Assembly (NCBI GenBank): GCA_905214245.1
Contig: CAJMLO010000001.1
Coordinates: forward strand, 14,427-78,426
Reading direction: 5' to 3'
DNA length: 64,000 nucleotides
Origin: an uncultured bacterium
Lineage (GTDB): Bacteria; Bacillota; Clostridia; TANB77; CAG-508
The notes below the pieces were generated by a model, which worked only from the letters and a program-made list of their open reading frames with translations, made no database searches and was not told where the DNA came from. Of this stretch, positions 28,931-40,631 are shown piece by piece (position 1 is the stretch's first letter; the number at the start of each line of letters is the position of its first letter). The position numbers and the translations under genes were made by a program.

Positions 28931-29841
28931 TATTCTTTTTCCTTTTTTGCTCTTTTTCTTATAAGTCTTTTTGTATTATCAGCAAGATTATTTTCTGGTG
29001 TAAATCTTTTTGTAATCACATTTTTAATAAGAATATTTTTAAGTGCATCTTCTTTCAAATCTGCAATTAATGTACCATCTTTTGCAATTGAAATTTTACC
29101 AGTTTCTTCTGATACAACAACAGCAATAGCATCAGTTTCTCTTGATATTCCTAGAGCTGCTCTATGTCGTGTTCCAAGACCAGTTGCCATATCCTTATCA
29201 TCTGCAAGAGGTAAAATACATGCTGCTGCCGCAATTTTATTATTACTTATTATAACAGCTCCATCATGAAGTGGTGTTTTAGGTACAAATAAATTAACAA
29301 GCAATTGTGGCGAAACATCTGCATCAATTCTAACGCCAGAATCCATTATATCATTTATTTGTATATCTCTTTCAATAACAATAAGTCCACCAATTTTCTC
29401 ATTCGAAAGTTCTTTTGCAGCTATAACAATCTTATAAATATCTTCTTTCATTTTTGATGCAACATCTTTTTCTACACCAATTCCAAAATATCTTATAAAT
29501 TTGCTTGTACCAATTTGTTCAAGTATCCTTCTAAGTTCTGGTTGAAATATAACAATAAGTGCAATTACACCATATGGCATAAAAGATGTAAGAATATAGT
29601 TAAGTATTTTAAATTGTAATACATCACTTAAAATTGTAATTAAAATTATAAAAACAATTCCTTTTAAAAGTTGCCAAACTCTTGAATGTCTTGCAGATTT
29701 CACAAATTTATATAATACAAAAATAACAATACAAACATCCAAAACCATAGTTACAAATCTAAATGGATTGTATGCAATTTCAGTAAAATAGCTTACTACC
29801 CTCTGCCATAAATCACTAAAACTAATTGAAAAACCTTCCAT
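28930..29841 (-). CDS. cdaA: diadenylate cyclase (DisA_N/DAC domain), membrane-anchored CdaA type
   Basis: Three N-terminal TM helices, then a DAC domain with the HDGAVII and GTRHRAAL motifs. Confidence 0.75.
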   Translation of the reverse strand: MEGFSISFSDLWQRVVSYFTEIAYNPFRFVTMVLDVCIVIFVLYKFVKSARHSRVWQLLKGIVFIILITILSDVLQFKILNYILTSFMPYGVIALIVIFQPELRRILEQIGTSKFIRYFGIGVEKDVASKMKEDIYKIVIAAKELSNEKIGGLIVIERDIQINDIMDSGVRIDADVSPQLLVNLFVPKTPLHDGAVIISNNKIAAAACILPLADDKDMATGLGTRHRAALGISRETDAIAVVVSEETGKISIAKDGTLIADLKEDALKNILIKNVITKRFTPENNLADNTKRLIRKRAKKEKE

Positions 29842-29877
29842 ATTTCTCCTTTTTTCTCTAGATATTTTAAATTAAAA

Positions 29878-29997
29878 TTATGCAACAACTAAATAATAAA
29901 TTAGTGTACCTGCAAATGCTGCTACCATTAGTACTGCTAAAAATCCTGCAATAATTTTTGTTGCAATTCTTCCTATATCATGTTGTTTTTTTGCCAT
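29878..29997 (-). CDS. small membrane protein (39 aa from MAKKQ...)
   Basis: A GGAGAG RBS is correctly spaced for the internal ATG (MAKKQHDIGRIATKIIAGFLAVLMVAAFAGTLIYYLVVA), followed by one TM helix. Confidence 0.4.
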   Translation of the reverse strand: MAKKQHDIGRIATKIIAGFLAVLMVAAFAGTLIYYLVVA

Positions 29998-30075
29998 AAC
30001 TCTCATCTCTCCTTTAATTATAAATTCTTCACATATAAATATAATAACACATTTTACATTAAGTATCAATTATCT

Positions 30076-31447
30076 TCAAACTTTTTCTCCTATAAGTTCT
30101 GTCTTATCAGTTCCTATAATTCTTACAAATTGAATACTATTTTCCTTAATCATATCATCATTATTTTTTACTTTAACAACAATGTAATTTGTAGTGTGCC
30201 CTTTAATATAATGCTCATCATTTTCTTGATGATTTTCCTCAAAAAGAACCTCTACTTCTTTACCAACATATTCTTTATTATACATGTTTTCAAATTCATC
30301 AGATAACTCTATAAGCTTTTTGCTTCTTTCTTCTTTAACATTTCCATCAATTTGATTAGGCATAACAGCTGCCTTTGTACCTTTTCTTGGAGAATACTTA
30401 AAAATGTGCATTTTATAAAACTTTATATCTTTCAAAAACTCATATGTTTCATTAAATTCTGCATCAGTTTCTCCTGGAAATCCAACAATTACATCTGTTG
30501 TAAGCGATACATTAGGATAATATTTTCTAAGAATTTGAGTTACTTCCTTAAACTCCTCTGCAGTATATCTGCGGTTCATTCTTTTTAAAGTTTCTGTGCA
30601 ACCACTTTGAAGTGATAAATGAAAATGATTGCATATCTTATCAAGTTTAGATAACCTTTTAGCAAATTCTTCTGTAATAAGCTTAGGTTCTAAAGAGCCC
30701 AAACGAATTCTCTTTATTTTTTCTATTTTATTCATATCTTCAAGAAGATCAATCAACCTATATTCATCTTTTTGCTCATTTAATTTTTCGTTAATCTCTT
30801 TTATTGTATCTTCTCTAAAATCTTTTCCATATGATGCAATATGAATTCCAGTTATAACAACCTCTTCAATGCCATTTTCAGCATTTTTAGAAACTTCATC
30901 TAAAATGCTTTCTGGCCTTCTACTTCTTACTCTTCCCCTAGCATATGGAATTAAACAGTATGAACAAAATCTATCACATCCATCTTGAACCTTTATAACG
31001 GCTCTTGTTTTTTCTGTATATGTAACAGTTCCAAAATCGGCAAATTCTTTCTCGTGAAGTACATCAGAAACAGATAAAATGCTTTCTTCATCTTGCATAT
31101 ATGCTTCAACATATTGCACGATATCTCTTTTCTCGTTTGTACCAAGTATTAGGTCAATTTGATTCATTTTTTCAAGTTCATCTTTTGCAACTTGAGCATA
31201 ACATCCAACTACAACCAAAATTGCATCTGGATTTTTTTCTTTTACTCTATGAAACATTTGACGTGATTTTTTATCTGCCATATTTGTTACTGTACAAGTA
31301 TTTATAACATATATATCTGCAAGTTCATCAAATTCTACTACTTTGTATCCGTGATTTATAAATGATTGCATCATTGCATTTGTTTCATATTGATTAACCT
31401 TACATCCGCAATGTGCAAAAAGCCACTTTATTTTCTTTGTATTCCAT
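30076..31447 (-). CDS. mtaB: radical-SAM methylthiotransferase (MtaB/MiaB-like), N-terminus frameshifted near 31405-31410
   Basis: The ORF has the radical SAM CxxxCxxC motif (CSYCLIPYARG) and a TRAM domain. Upstream there is an ATG plus MEYKENKVAFCTL, which in a +1 frame continues as GCKVNQYETNAMMQSF, the canonical MTTase N-terminal Cys motif. One extra base (ttgcgga) breaks the frame. Confidence 0.75.
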
Positions 31448-31680
31448 ATTATTACTGCCTTTCGATAATTATTATTTTCTCTATTTTATTTTCGAATAAT
31501 TTGTCCTCAAAATCATTTACTGCCTATTATACCATGTATATAAAAAAATGTGAAACATTTTTTATGATATTTCTATCATTTTGTTTCACATTTTTTATAG
31601 TACTTCCGCAACATTTTTACAATAAATTTGACATTTTATTACCCAATGTTATCGAAAAGCTACGTCCCTATTGACAATTA

Positions 31681-33739
<2,059 letters not shown>

Positions 33740-33741
33740 TA

Positions 33742-33770
33742 TTTATATACCTATTAATAAAAAAAGTCAA
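33742..33770 (-). promoter_or_regulatory. sigma-A-type promoter of groES-groEL
   Basis: On the minus strand, TTGACT then 17 nt then TATAAA, immediately upstream of the CIRCE-like element. Confidence 0.45.
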
Positions 33771-33839
33771 TACATAAATGTAATTTTCACATATTTTTCA
33801 CATTATTTATAATTTACTTATGGTATAAGTTTTATATTA

Positions 33840-33978
33840 GTGTAAGCAATATAATATTTCTTAGAAACTTGCCGTTCGCAGCCAATCAAAATTGATTGAC
33901 GGCTGCTCGAATCGCACTCAGCCTTCGGCTTCGTTTGGTCGCTGCGCGTTTCCTTGAAATATTATATTGTGCTTACAC
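33840..33978. repeat. GC-rich structured repeat (~135 bp) with AT-rich terminal inverted repeats, copy A
   Basis: Terminal inverted repeats agtgtaagcaatataatatttc and gaaatattatattgtgcttacac flank an ~80-nt GC-rich core. The core contains a gccUUCGggc-type hairpin and nested palindromes. It is highly similar to the reverse complement of 53961..54092. Confidence 0.7.
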
Positions 33979-34094
33979 GTCTTTTATAAAACAGTATCCA
34001 GTAATGACTCCTTAGCAATTTAGCACATCATATATTGATTAATTTATAAAAAATGTGATATATTAGTAGCATCAAACAAAAAGGAGGAAAATTT

Positions 34095-34805
34095 ATGTCA
34101 ATACACTGCAATGCCAATATCGGTGATATAGAAAAAACTGTTTTAATGCCAGGTGATCCGCTTCGTGCAAAATATATAGCAGAGAATTTTTTAGAAAATG
34201 CAAAACTTGTAAATACCGTAAGGAATATGCTTGCATATACTGGAACATATAAAGGAAAAAAAGTAACTGTATTTTCATCTGGAATGGGAATGCCAAGCAT
34301 GGGAATTTATTCATATGAATTATTTAAATTTTACGGAGTTGAAAGAATTATTCGTATAGGTTCGTGTGGAGCATATAATGAGGATTTAAATTTATTTGAT
34401 ACAATTTTAGTAGATAAATCTTATACAGAGGCAAATTTTGCACACTCTTGGGATGAACAAGATTGTCACATTGCCGAGGCAAGTAAAGAATTAAATGATA
34501 AGATTGAAGAAACAGCAAAGAAAATTAATATTCCGTATATAAAAGGAAATACTCTATGTAATGAATGTTTTGATGGATATTTAGACGATATAGAAAGCTT
34601 TATAAATCGTTTTCCAAAAGATTTGAATATTATAGCTTGTGAAATGGAAGCTTTTGCTCTATTTTATATGGCAAAATATTTTGGAAAAGAAGCATCTTGT
34701 CTACTTACTGTAGTTGATTCTCACTATAAAAATCAAGAAAGTACTTCTGAAGAAAGAGAAAAATCATTAAATGATATGATTAAACTTGCTTTAGAAAGCA
34801 TTTAA
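34095..34805 (+). CDS. deoD: purine nucleoside phosphorylase, DeoD type
   Basis: 236 aa with PNP/UDP phosphorylase family motifs (VLMPGDPLRAKYIAE, SSGMGMPS, RIGSCG). Confidence 0.85.
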   Translation: MSIHCNANIGDIEKTVLMPGDPLRAKYIAENFLENAKLVNTVRNMLAYTGTYKGKKVTVFSSGMGMPSMGIYSYELFKFYGVERIIRIGSCGAYNEDLNLFDTILVDKSYTEANFAHSWDEQDCHIAEASKELNDKIEETAKKINIPYIKGNTLCNECFDGYLDDIESFINRFPKDLNIIACEMEAFALFYMAKYFGKEASCLLTVVDSHYKNQESTSEEREKSLNDMIKLALESI

Positions 34806-34810
34806 AATAA

Positions 34811-34836
34811 AAAAGCGGAATGATTTCCGCTTTTTT
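34811..34836 (+). terminator. rho-independent terminator of deoD
   Basis: gcggaa/ttccgc stem with loop tgat, followed by TTTTTT. Confidence 0.55.
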
Positions 34837-34917
34837 ATTATTTTTACAATAAGTTTAGGTTACCTTTGGCTGTGCGTATTTCTTTGGCACTACTGCACAT
34901 GTGGTAAAGCCACTTCT

Positions 34918-35397
34918 TTATTTTGTAATTGATACAATTTTGTATTTTATAACTCCTGCTGGAGCATTAACTTCAACTGTTTGGCCTTTTTTTGCACCTA
35001 AAAGAGCTGATCCAATTGGAGATTCATTTGATATTTTGTTTTGAGATAAATCAACTTCTGTAGAACCAACAATTGTATATGTCTCTTCTTCATCAAACTC
35101 TACATCTAATATTTTTACTGTATTTCCAACTTGTACAGTTTTTGTATCTATTTCTGATTCATCTATAATTTTAGCATATCTTAATTTGTTTTCTAATTCT
35201 GCTATTTTAGCTTCGTTTGCAGCTTGTGCTCCCTTTGCTTCATCATATTCAGAATTTTCTGATAAATCACCAAATCCAAGTGCTATTTTAATTCTTTCTG
35301 CTATTTCTCCTCTTTTTTCAGTTGTCAAATATTCAAGTTCTTTTTCTAGATTATCATATCCTTCTTGTGTCAATAATACTTCTTTTTCTGAGTCCAT
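34918..35397 (-). CDS. greA: transcription elongation factor GreA
   Basis: An N-terminal coiled-coil carrying the acidic tip (DLSENSEYDEAK) and a C-terminal FKBP-like domain. Confidence 0.9.
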   Translation of the reverse strand: MDSEKEVLLTQEGYDNLEKELEYLTTEKRGEIAERIKIALGFGDLSENSEYDEAKGAQAANEAKIAELENKLRYAKIIDESEIDTKTVQVGNTVKILDVEFDEEETYTIVGSTEVDLSQNKISNESPIGSALLGAKKGQTVEVNAPAGVIKYKIVSITK

Positions 35398-35469
35398 ACT
35401 GTATCTGCCTCCTTCTTTATGTATAACGTTAAATTAATTGTTATATTAAATAACTCGATATATATTAAA

Positions 35470-36438
35470 CTAATTTTTATATTTTGTCAAGTTGTTTAAT
35501 GTAGAAATTTTAACAAACTCACTTTCGCCTATTCGACCATTATTTCCTATAAGACCGGTTATTTTTATGCCATCTTGTTTAATTATTTTTTCTTCTATAT
35601 TTTCCACTTTTTCACATTTTAATACATTTAACCTTCGTTTTTCTGTGTTCAATTTTTGCATTAAATATACTTCATACAATTTTGTTAAGTCAAATTCATT
35701 CTGATTATTTATGCACTCAAATTGTTCTATATATTCATCTGGCAAAGAGATTTGCATATAATTTATATTTATCCCATTAAATCCAGGATTATTATAGTAC
35801 ACCATATTTTTCAAATTAATAATAATTGCATCTCGATTTATCTTGTATTTTTTTATATCATTTTCATCCATATTAACGTTCAAAATATATCTCGCTCTTT
35901 TTAACGCTTTACTTTTATTGTTTGATATTCCAATGAGTATATTTTCATTTTCATATATTCTTTCTTGTACTTCTTTAAATCTAGCTATATCATTTGTTAC
36001 AATATTAACAGTTTTACAATTTTCAATAAATTTTGATAAAAATTGTAAATTTAAATCATTATCCTTTTTTATCAAAAAGTAAACATCTGCATTGTTAACA
36101 TCAATATTTTGAATATTTAAAATATATATCAGGATATCATATTGCATATAAATCATAAGTTTTCTGCCATCACATACAGTTCCCTTGTCCAAGTTATTAA
36201 TAACTCTAAAAGAAAATTCTGTGTAAATTAATTCGTTAGAAAAAACTATATTATCTATTTCAAGTTTTTTTATGATTTTTGAAACCTTATTTATCATTTT
36301 ATCTGTGCTACCTTTAAAAGGAATTTCTAAAACATACCCCATATTGCACTGCGTTACTTTAACAATTTTAAAAAAATACTTTATTTTATCTATCAACTCA
36401 ATTGGCTTATCTTGCTTTTTTATATATCCAACTATCAC
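35470..36438 (-). CDS. hypothetical protein (322 aa)
   Basis: Clean long ORF, N/K/I-rich and soluble. No family is recognised. Confidence 0.4.
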   Translation of the reverse strand: MIVGYIKKQDKPIELIDKIKYFFKIVKVTQCNMGYVLEIPFKGSTDKMINKVSKIIKKLEIDNIVFSNELIYTEFSFRVINNLDKGTVCDGRKLMIYMQYDILIYILNIQNIDVNNADVYFLIKKDNDLNLQFLSKFIENCKTVNIVTNDIARFKEVQERIYENENILIGISNNKSKALKRARYILNVNMDENDIKKYKINRDAIIINLKNMVYYNNPGFNGININYMQISLPDEYIEQFECINNQNEFDLTKLYEVYLMQKLNTEKRRLNVLKCEKVENIEEKIIKQDGIKITGLIGNNGRIGESEFVKISTLNNLTKYKN

Positions 36439-36505
36439 AAAAGTACCTCCTATATACTGCTTGCTTTTTCTATATATATGAGGTACTTTTATTATTTATT
36501 CTTTT

Positions 36506-38206
36506 TTATTTTACATTTAATTTATTAGATATCATATTCCAAATGCTGTTTGGTTCTGAGTCTTTTTTCCAGTAAGCAGCACCTGCTAGGTTGTACTCAG
36601 AAATAAGTGATAATTTCGCATCAAGTGATTTTTCATCTTCTATCCATACTTTATATTTTCTTCCATTTTTTGTGTACTCTGTTACATATTGCTTTAAACT
36701 GTCATCCCATGTTTTTTTGCTACCACTTGGAATTATTTGATCAAGTCTTTTCATATCTACCGCAACAGATCTTTTCTGTCCATTTTCATTTGTGTACCAA
36801 ACTCTAGTGTAAAATGGCACTGCAAGTATTACTTTTTTAGAATCTATTTCTTCCTGCGTTCCAACAAATTTCTTTATATTTACCTCTGTCCAATCACATC
36901 CTGCTGTTGTGCCTTCTTTGCTATCTCCATTTTGGTCATATGCCATATACACAATATAATCTGCAACTTTTCCTATTGTGTGTCTGTCATAACACATAGA
37001 CCAATTTTCACTTCCATCTGGTGCTGTAACATCTACAGACACAACCTTTCCATATTCTTTTAATCTTGGTGTAAGTTCTATAATAAATCTATTAAATAAT
37101 GATTTATCCTCTGCTTTCATATTTTCAAAATCAATGTTTATTCCATCTAAATCATATTTTACAACAAGACTTACTATCTTATTTATTAAATTTTGTCTTA
37201 ATTTGTAATCTCTCATAATGTCTGATGTTGTATTTATATATGAATTATTTGAAATACTTGGCCATACTTTATAGCCATTATTGTGTGCCCATGTTATATA
37301 TGCAGTTCCAGAATTTCCTACATTTTCTATTACTTCTCCTTTTCCTTCATCTTTTAATGTAAAGAATGTTGGAGAAACAACATTTACTCCTTGCAATTTT
37401 CCCTGTCTTGTAGGTGCTGAGCCATATTCTGAAAAATATTCCCATATCATGCTTATATTTTCACTCTCTGGAATTTGTTTTTCAAAAGTCATATCTTCTC
37501 TTATTGTTATGCTATTTGAAAGACTACTTTGCTTTACATATCCAAGTTTTCCTGTACTAGTTCTTACTTTAACCCAGTCATCTCCATCTTTTATACTGCT
37601 TGTAACTACAGTTACACTATCTCCTGCCTCTATCTTATCCACAGTTCTTGATATTGATGTTCTTTCTTGCTTAATACTGTTATTTTTGTTGCTATCTGCC
37701 ACAACATATTTTCTATCGAGTGAATCAATTATAACTGTATTTGTTTTATCTACATAACTTGTTTTTGTATTATATACATTATCAATCGCAGAAAATGGAA
37801 TATAATAAGTTTTATTTTTTTGAATTACACTTCCAGAAATATTAACATTAGAGCCATTGTTTGTTATTTTGTTTTCTCCAACTACCATAGATGCAATTTT
37901 TGTGTCTGAACCTGTTATTATTTGATTGTATTTACTATCATAATATATATATGGATCAAAGAAATTTTGTATATCTTCTTTAGAAATATATACAACACCA
38001 TCTTTCACAAATACGTCTTTCTTTAGAGATGTCGTTATATTATTGTTATTTATTACTAAATTAATTTTATCTGTTACATCATTTCTAACATAATTATATG
38101 CATATTTTAAAACAAACACAACACTTACTAAAAATAGAACTGTTACTATCAATTTGCTAAATATTTTACTCTTTGGTTTTTCCATTCTTTTTTCTCTTCT
38201 TGACAT
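36506..38206 (-). CDS. glycoside hydrolase family 18 (chitinase-like/spore peptidoglycan hydrolase-like) protein with signal anchor and SH3-like domain
   Basis: The GH18 catalytic motif DGINIDFE and an N-terminal TM segment. A mid-region SH3_3-like segment (GDSVTVV...DGDDWVKVRTSTGKLGYV). Confidence 0.65.
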   Translation of the reverse strand: MSRREKRMEKPKSKIFSKLIVTVLFLVSVVFVLKYAYNYVRNDVTDKINLVINNNNITTSLKKDVFVKDGVVYISKEDIQNFFDPYIYYDSKYNQIITGSDTKIASMVVGENKITNNGSNVNISGSVIQKNKTYYIPFSAIDNVYNTKTSYVDKTNTVIIDSLDRKYVVADSNKNNSIKQERTSISRTVDKIEAGDSVTVVTSSIKDGDDWVKVRTSTGKLGYVKQSSLSNSITIREDMTFEKQIPESENISMIWEYFSEYGSAPTRQGKLQGVNVVSPTFFTLKDEGKGEVIENVGNSGTAYITWAHNNGYKVWPSISNNSYINTTSDIMRDYKLRQNLINKIVSLVVKYDLDGINIDFENMKAEDKSLFNRFIIELTPRLKEYGKVVSVDVTAPDGSENWSMCYDRHTIGKVADYIVYMAYDQNGDSKEGTTAGCDWTEVNIKKFVGTQEEIDSKKVILAVPFYTRVWYTNENGQKRSVAVDMKRLDQIIPSGSKKTWDDSLKQYVTEYTKNGRKYKVWIEDEKSLDAKLSLISEYNLAGAAYWKKDSEPNSIWNMISNKLNVK

Positions 38207-38392
38207 TTGCCCTCTCCTTTGTTTTTTTTACTACTATATCATATTATATCAAAAAATAACATATTTTTTGCAAATTTTTTATATAAGTTGTCAAAAAGCT
38301 ACGTTCCTTTTGACAACCATTATTTTTTTGTATAAATTAAACTTTTTTGGAAAATATATAGATATATTTTAATTAATGGAGGTTGATTTTAG

Positions 38393-38605
38393 TTGGGAAT
38401 AGAAAAACATTTAACAATCACAGGAACATCAACAGTTTCATGGAAAGATGCGGTTGTACAAGCAGTTGCAGAAGCATCTAAAACTCTTGATTATTTATCA
38501 TCTGTTAGAGTACTTGACCAAAGAGCACGAATTGATGGAAAAAAACTAATTCAATATTATGTGGATTTAGACATTGCATTTATAATCGACAGAGATAGAG
38601 ATTAA
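38393..38605 (+). CDS. dodecin-family small flavin-binding-like protein
   Basis: 70 aa: HLTITGTSTVSWKDAVVQAVAEASKT...VRVLDQRARIDGKKLIQYYVDLDIAFII, matching the dodecin beta-alpha-beta-beta pattern. It sits at the head of the spoVA operon. Confidence 0.55.
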   Translation: MGIEKHLTITGTSTVSWKDAVVQAVAEASKTLDYLSSVRVLDQRARIDGKKLIQYYVDLDIAFIIDRDRD

Positions 38606-38716
38606 ACATGGTTTATAGGTATCCATTTTAAAAGCCTAAATACTTAAAAAAGGAGTATTTTGCATAGCAGACTTGCCATAATCACATTGTAGGTAAACTA
38701 TGCAAATAAAAGAAAA

Positions 38717-39166
38717 ATGAAACCAATTGAAACAAAACAAGAATATAGCGATTATGTTGACCAAAAATCACCTAATTCGCCTATTCTAAAAAATTGCTTT
38801 AATGCCTTTTGGGTTGGAGGTCTTATTTGCAGTATAGGTCAAATAATATTTGATTTTTGCAAATTCAAAGGTATGGAAGAAACCGCCTGTTCAACAACTG
38901 TTTCTATCATTTTAATAGGAATTGCAGCTATACTTACAGGGCTTAATATTTTTAATAAAATTGGAAAATTTGCAGGAGCAGGCTCACTTGTTCCAATCAC
39001 AGGATTTGCAAACTCAATTGTGTCACCTGCAATCGAATACAAATCTGAAGGATATGTAATGGGTGTTGGCGGAAAAATGTTTACAGTAGCAGGTCCTGTA
39101 CTTGTATTTGGTATTTCTGCATCTGTAATTATTGGTATTCTTGCAACATTATTTAATGGAATTTAA
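38717..39166 (+). CDS. spoVAC: stage V sporulation protein AC
   Basis: Four TM helices, with VPITGFANSIVSPAIEYKSEG characteristic of SpoVAC. Confidence 0.85.
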   Translation: MKPIETKQEYSDYVDQKSPNSPILKNCFNAFWVGGLICSIGQIIFDFCKFKGMEETACSTTVSIILIGIAAILTGLNIFNKIGKFAGAGSLVPITGFANSIVSPAIEYKSEGYVMGVGGKMFTVAGPVLVFGISASVIIGILATLFNGI

Positions 39167-39190
39167 TTTTATGAAAGGAATGAAAATAAA

Positions 39191-40195
39191 ATGAGACACA
39201 TTGGAACTCAAACAATTATGTTTGATAATCCCCCTACAATACTTGAAACATCTTCAATAGTTGGTCCAAAAGAAGCTCAAGGTCCACTTGCAAAATATTT
39301 TGATCAATGTTTGGAAGATGAATTCTGGGGAGAAAAAAGCTGGGAAAAAGCTGAAAGTAAGATAATCAAAGAAAATGTAAATTCTGTTATTTCAAAATCT
39401 GGAATTCCTGCAACACAAATAGATTATTGTTTTGCAGGCGACCTATTAAATCAATGTATATCATCTAGTTTTGGATTAAGAGAATTAAATATGCCATTTT
39501 TTGGAGTTTTTGGAGCATGTTCAACTTTTGTAGAAAGTCTTTGCCTTGGCAGTGTTTTTGTTGAAGCAGGTGCTGCAAAAAATGTACTATGTGCAACTTC
39601 AAGTCATTTTTGTAGTGCAGAAAAACAATTTAGATTTCCATTAGAGCTTGGAAATCAAAGGCCTCCTACAAGTCAATGGACAGTAACAGGTTCAGGAGCA
39701 GCCATTGTATCAGCATCTGGAAAAGGTCCATTTATTACTCATATTACCCCAGGAAAAATAATTGATATGGGTATAAAAGATGCAAACAACATGGGAGCTG
39801 CAATGGCACCTGCTGCACTTGATACTCTAATAACTCATCTTAAAGATACAGGCAGAAAGCCAAGCTACTATGATGCAATAATAACTGGAGATTTAGGACA
39901 TATCGGTAAAGAAATAGTCACAGAAATGGCATCTTCTAAAGGATATAATATAAAATCAAACTACAACGATTGTGGTGTTTTAATATTTGATAAGCAAAAA
40001 CAAGATACACATTCTGGTGGAAGTGGATGTGCATGTTGTGGAACTGTTTTTTCCGGATATTTCTTTAAACAGCTAAAGGATAAAAAAATAAATAAAATTT
40101 TACTAATTGCAACAGGTGCATTAACAAACTCTACAAGTTCTCAACAAGGTGAATCTATCCCAGGAATTGCCCATGCAATTGCAATAGAAAATTAA
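39191..40195 (+). CDS. spoVAD: stage V sporulation protein AD
   Basis: Thiolase-like fold with GACSTFVESL and a C-terminal GGSGCAC. Confidence 0.85.
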   Translation: MRHIGTQTIMFDNPPTILETSSIVGPKEAQGPLAKYFDQCLEDEFWGEKSWEKAESKIIKENVNSVISKSGIPATQIDYCFAGDLLNQCISSSFGLRELNMPFFGVFGACSTFVESLCLGSVFVEAGAAKNVLCATSSHFCSAEKQFRFPLELGNQRPPTSQWTVTGSGAAIVSASGKGPFITHITPGKIIDMGIKDANNMGAAMAPAALDTLITHLKDTGRKPSYYDAIITGDLGHIGKEIVTEMASSKGYNIKSNYNDCGVLIFDKQKQDTHSGGSGCACCGTVFSGYFFKQLKDKKINKILLIATGALTNSTSSQQGESIPGIAHAIAIEN

Positions 40196-40220
40196 TTTTA
40201 ACACTGTTTGCTTATTTTAT

Positions 40221-40631
40221 ATGCAAGCAAGAAAGGACGTTTTTATGGAATTTCTACAAAGTATTGATTGGATGCAAATGCTCAAATGTTTTGTAGTTGG
40301 TGGACTTATTTGTATAATCGGTCAAATACTAATAGATAAAACAAAGCTAACTCCTGCAAGAATTTTAGTTATATTTGTTACAACAGGTGCTATACTTGGT
40401 GGACTTGGAATTTACAAATATATTATTGATTTTGCTGGATGTGGTGCAACAGTTCCACTTACAGGATTTGGAGCAAATCTTGCAAAAGGTGCAATTCAAG
40501 AAGTTAAATCAGCTGGATTACTTGGTGCATTTATAGGTGGTGTAAAAGCCTCTGCTGGTGGAATTGCAGCTGCAATATTCTTTGGATATATTGCTTCTCT
40601 TATTGCAAAGCCAAAAATCAAAAAGCAATAG
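40221..40631 (+). CDS. spoVAE: stage V sporulation protein AE (SpoVAEb)
   Basis: Membrane protein with VPLTGFGANLAKGAIQEV, the third gene of the spoVA C-D-E block. Confidence 0.8.
   Translation: MQARKDVFMEFLQSIDWMQMLKCFVVGGLICIIGQILIDKTKLTPARILVIFVTTGAILGGLGIYKYIIDFAGCGATVPLTGFGANLAKGAIQEVKSAGLLGAFIGGVKASAGGIAAAIFFGYIASLIAKPKIKKQ

Noticed and set aside
34840-34917. Possible second hairpin or terminator downstream of greA
   Set aside because: The partial complementarity (ggttacctttggc / gccaaaggtaacc-like) could not be confirmed as a clean stem. The deoD terminator at 34811..34836 may serve both strands.
37281-37757. 158-aa plus-strand ORF and other antisense ORFs inside the GH18 gene
   Set aside because: They overlap a strongly supported minus-strand CDS, and there are no independent signals.
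40232-40244. Alternative upstream start for spoVAE (MQARKDVF)
   Set aside because: The spoVAE N-terminus aligns better from MEFLQSIDW. The upstream ATG lacks a good RBS. This is uncertain, so the full ORF is kept in the feature list.
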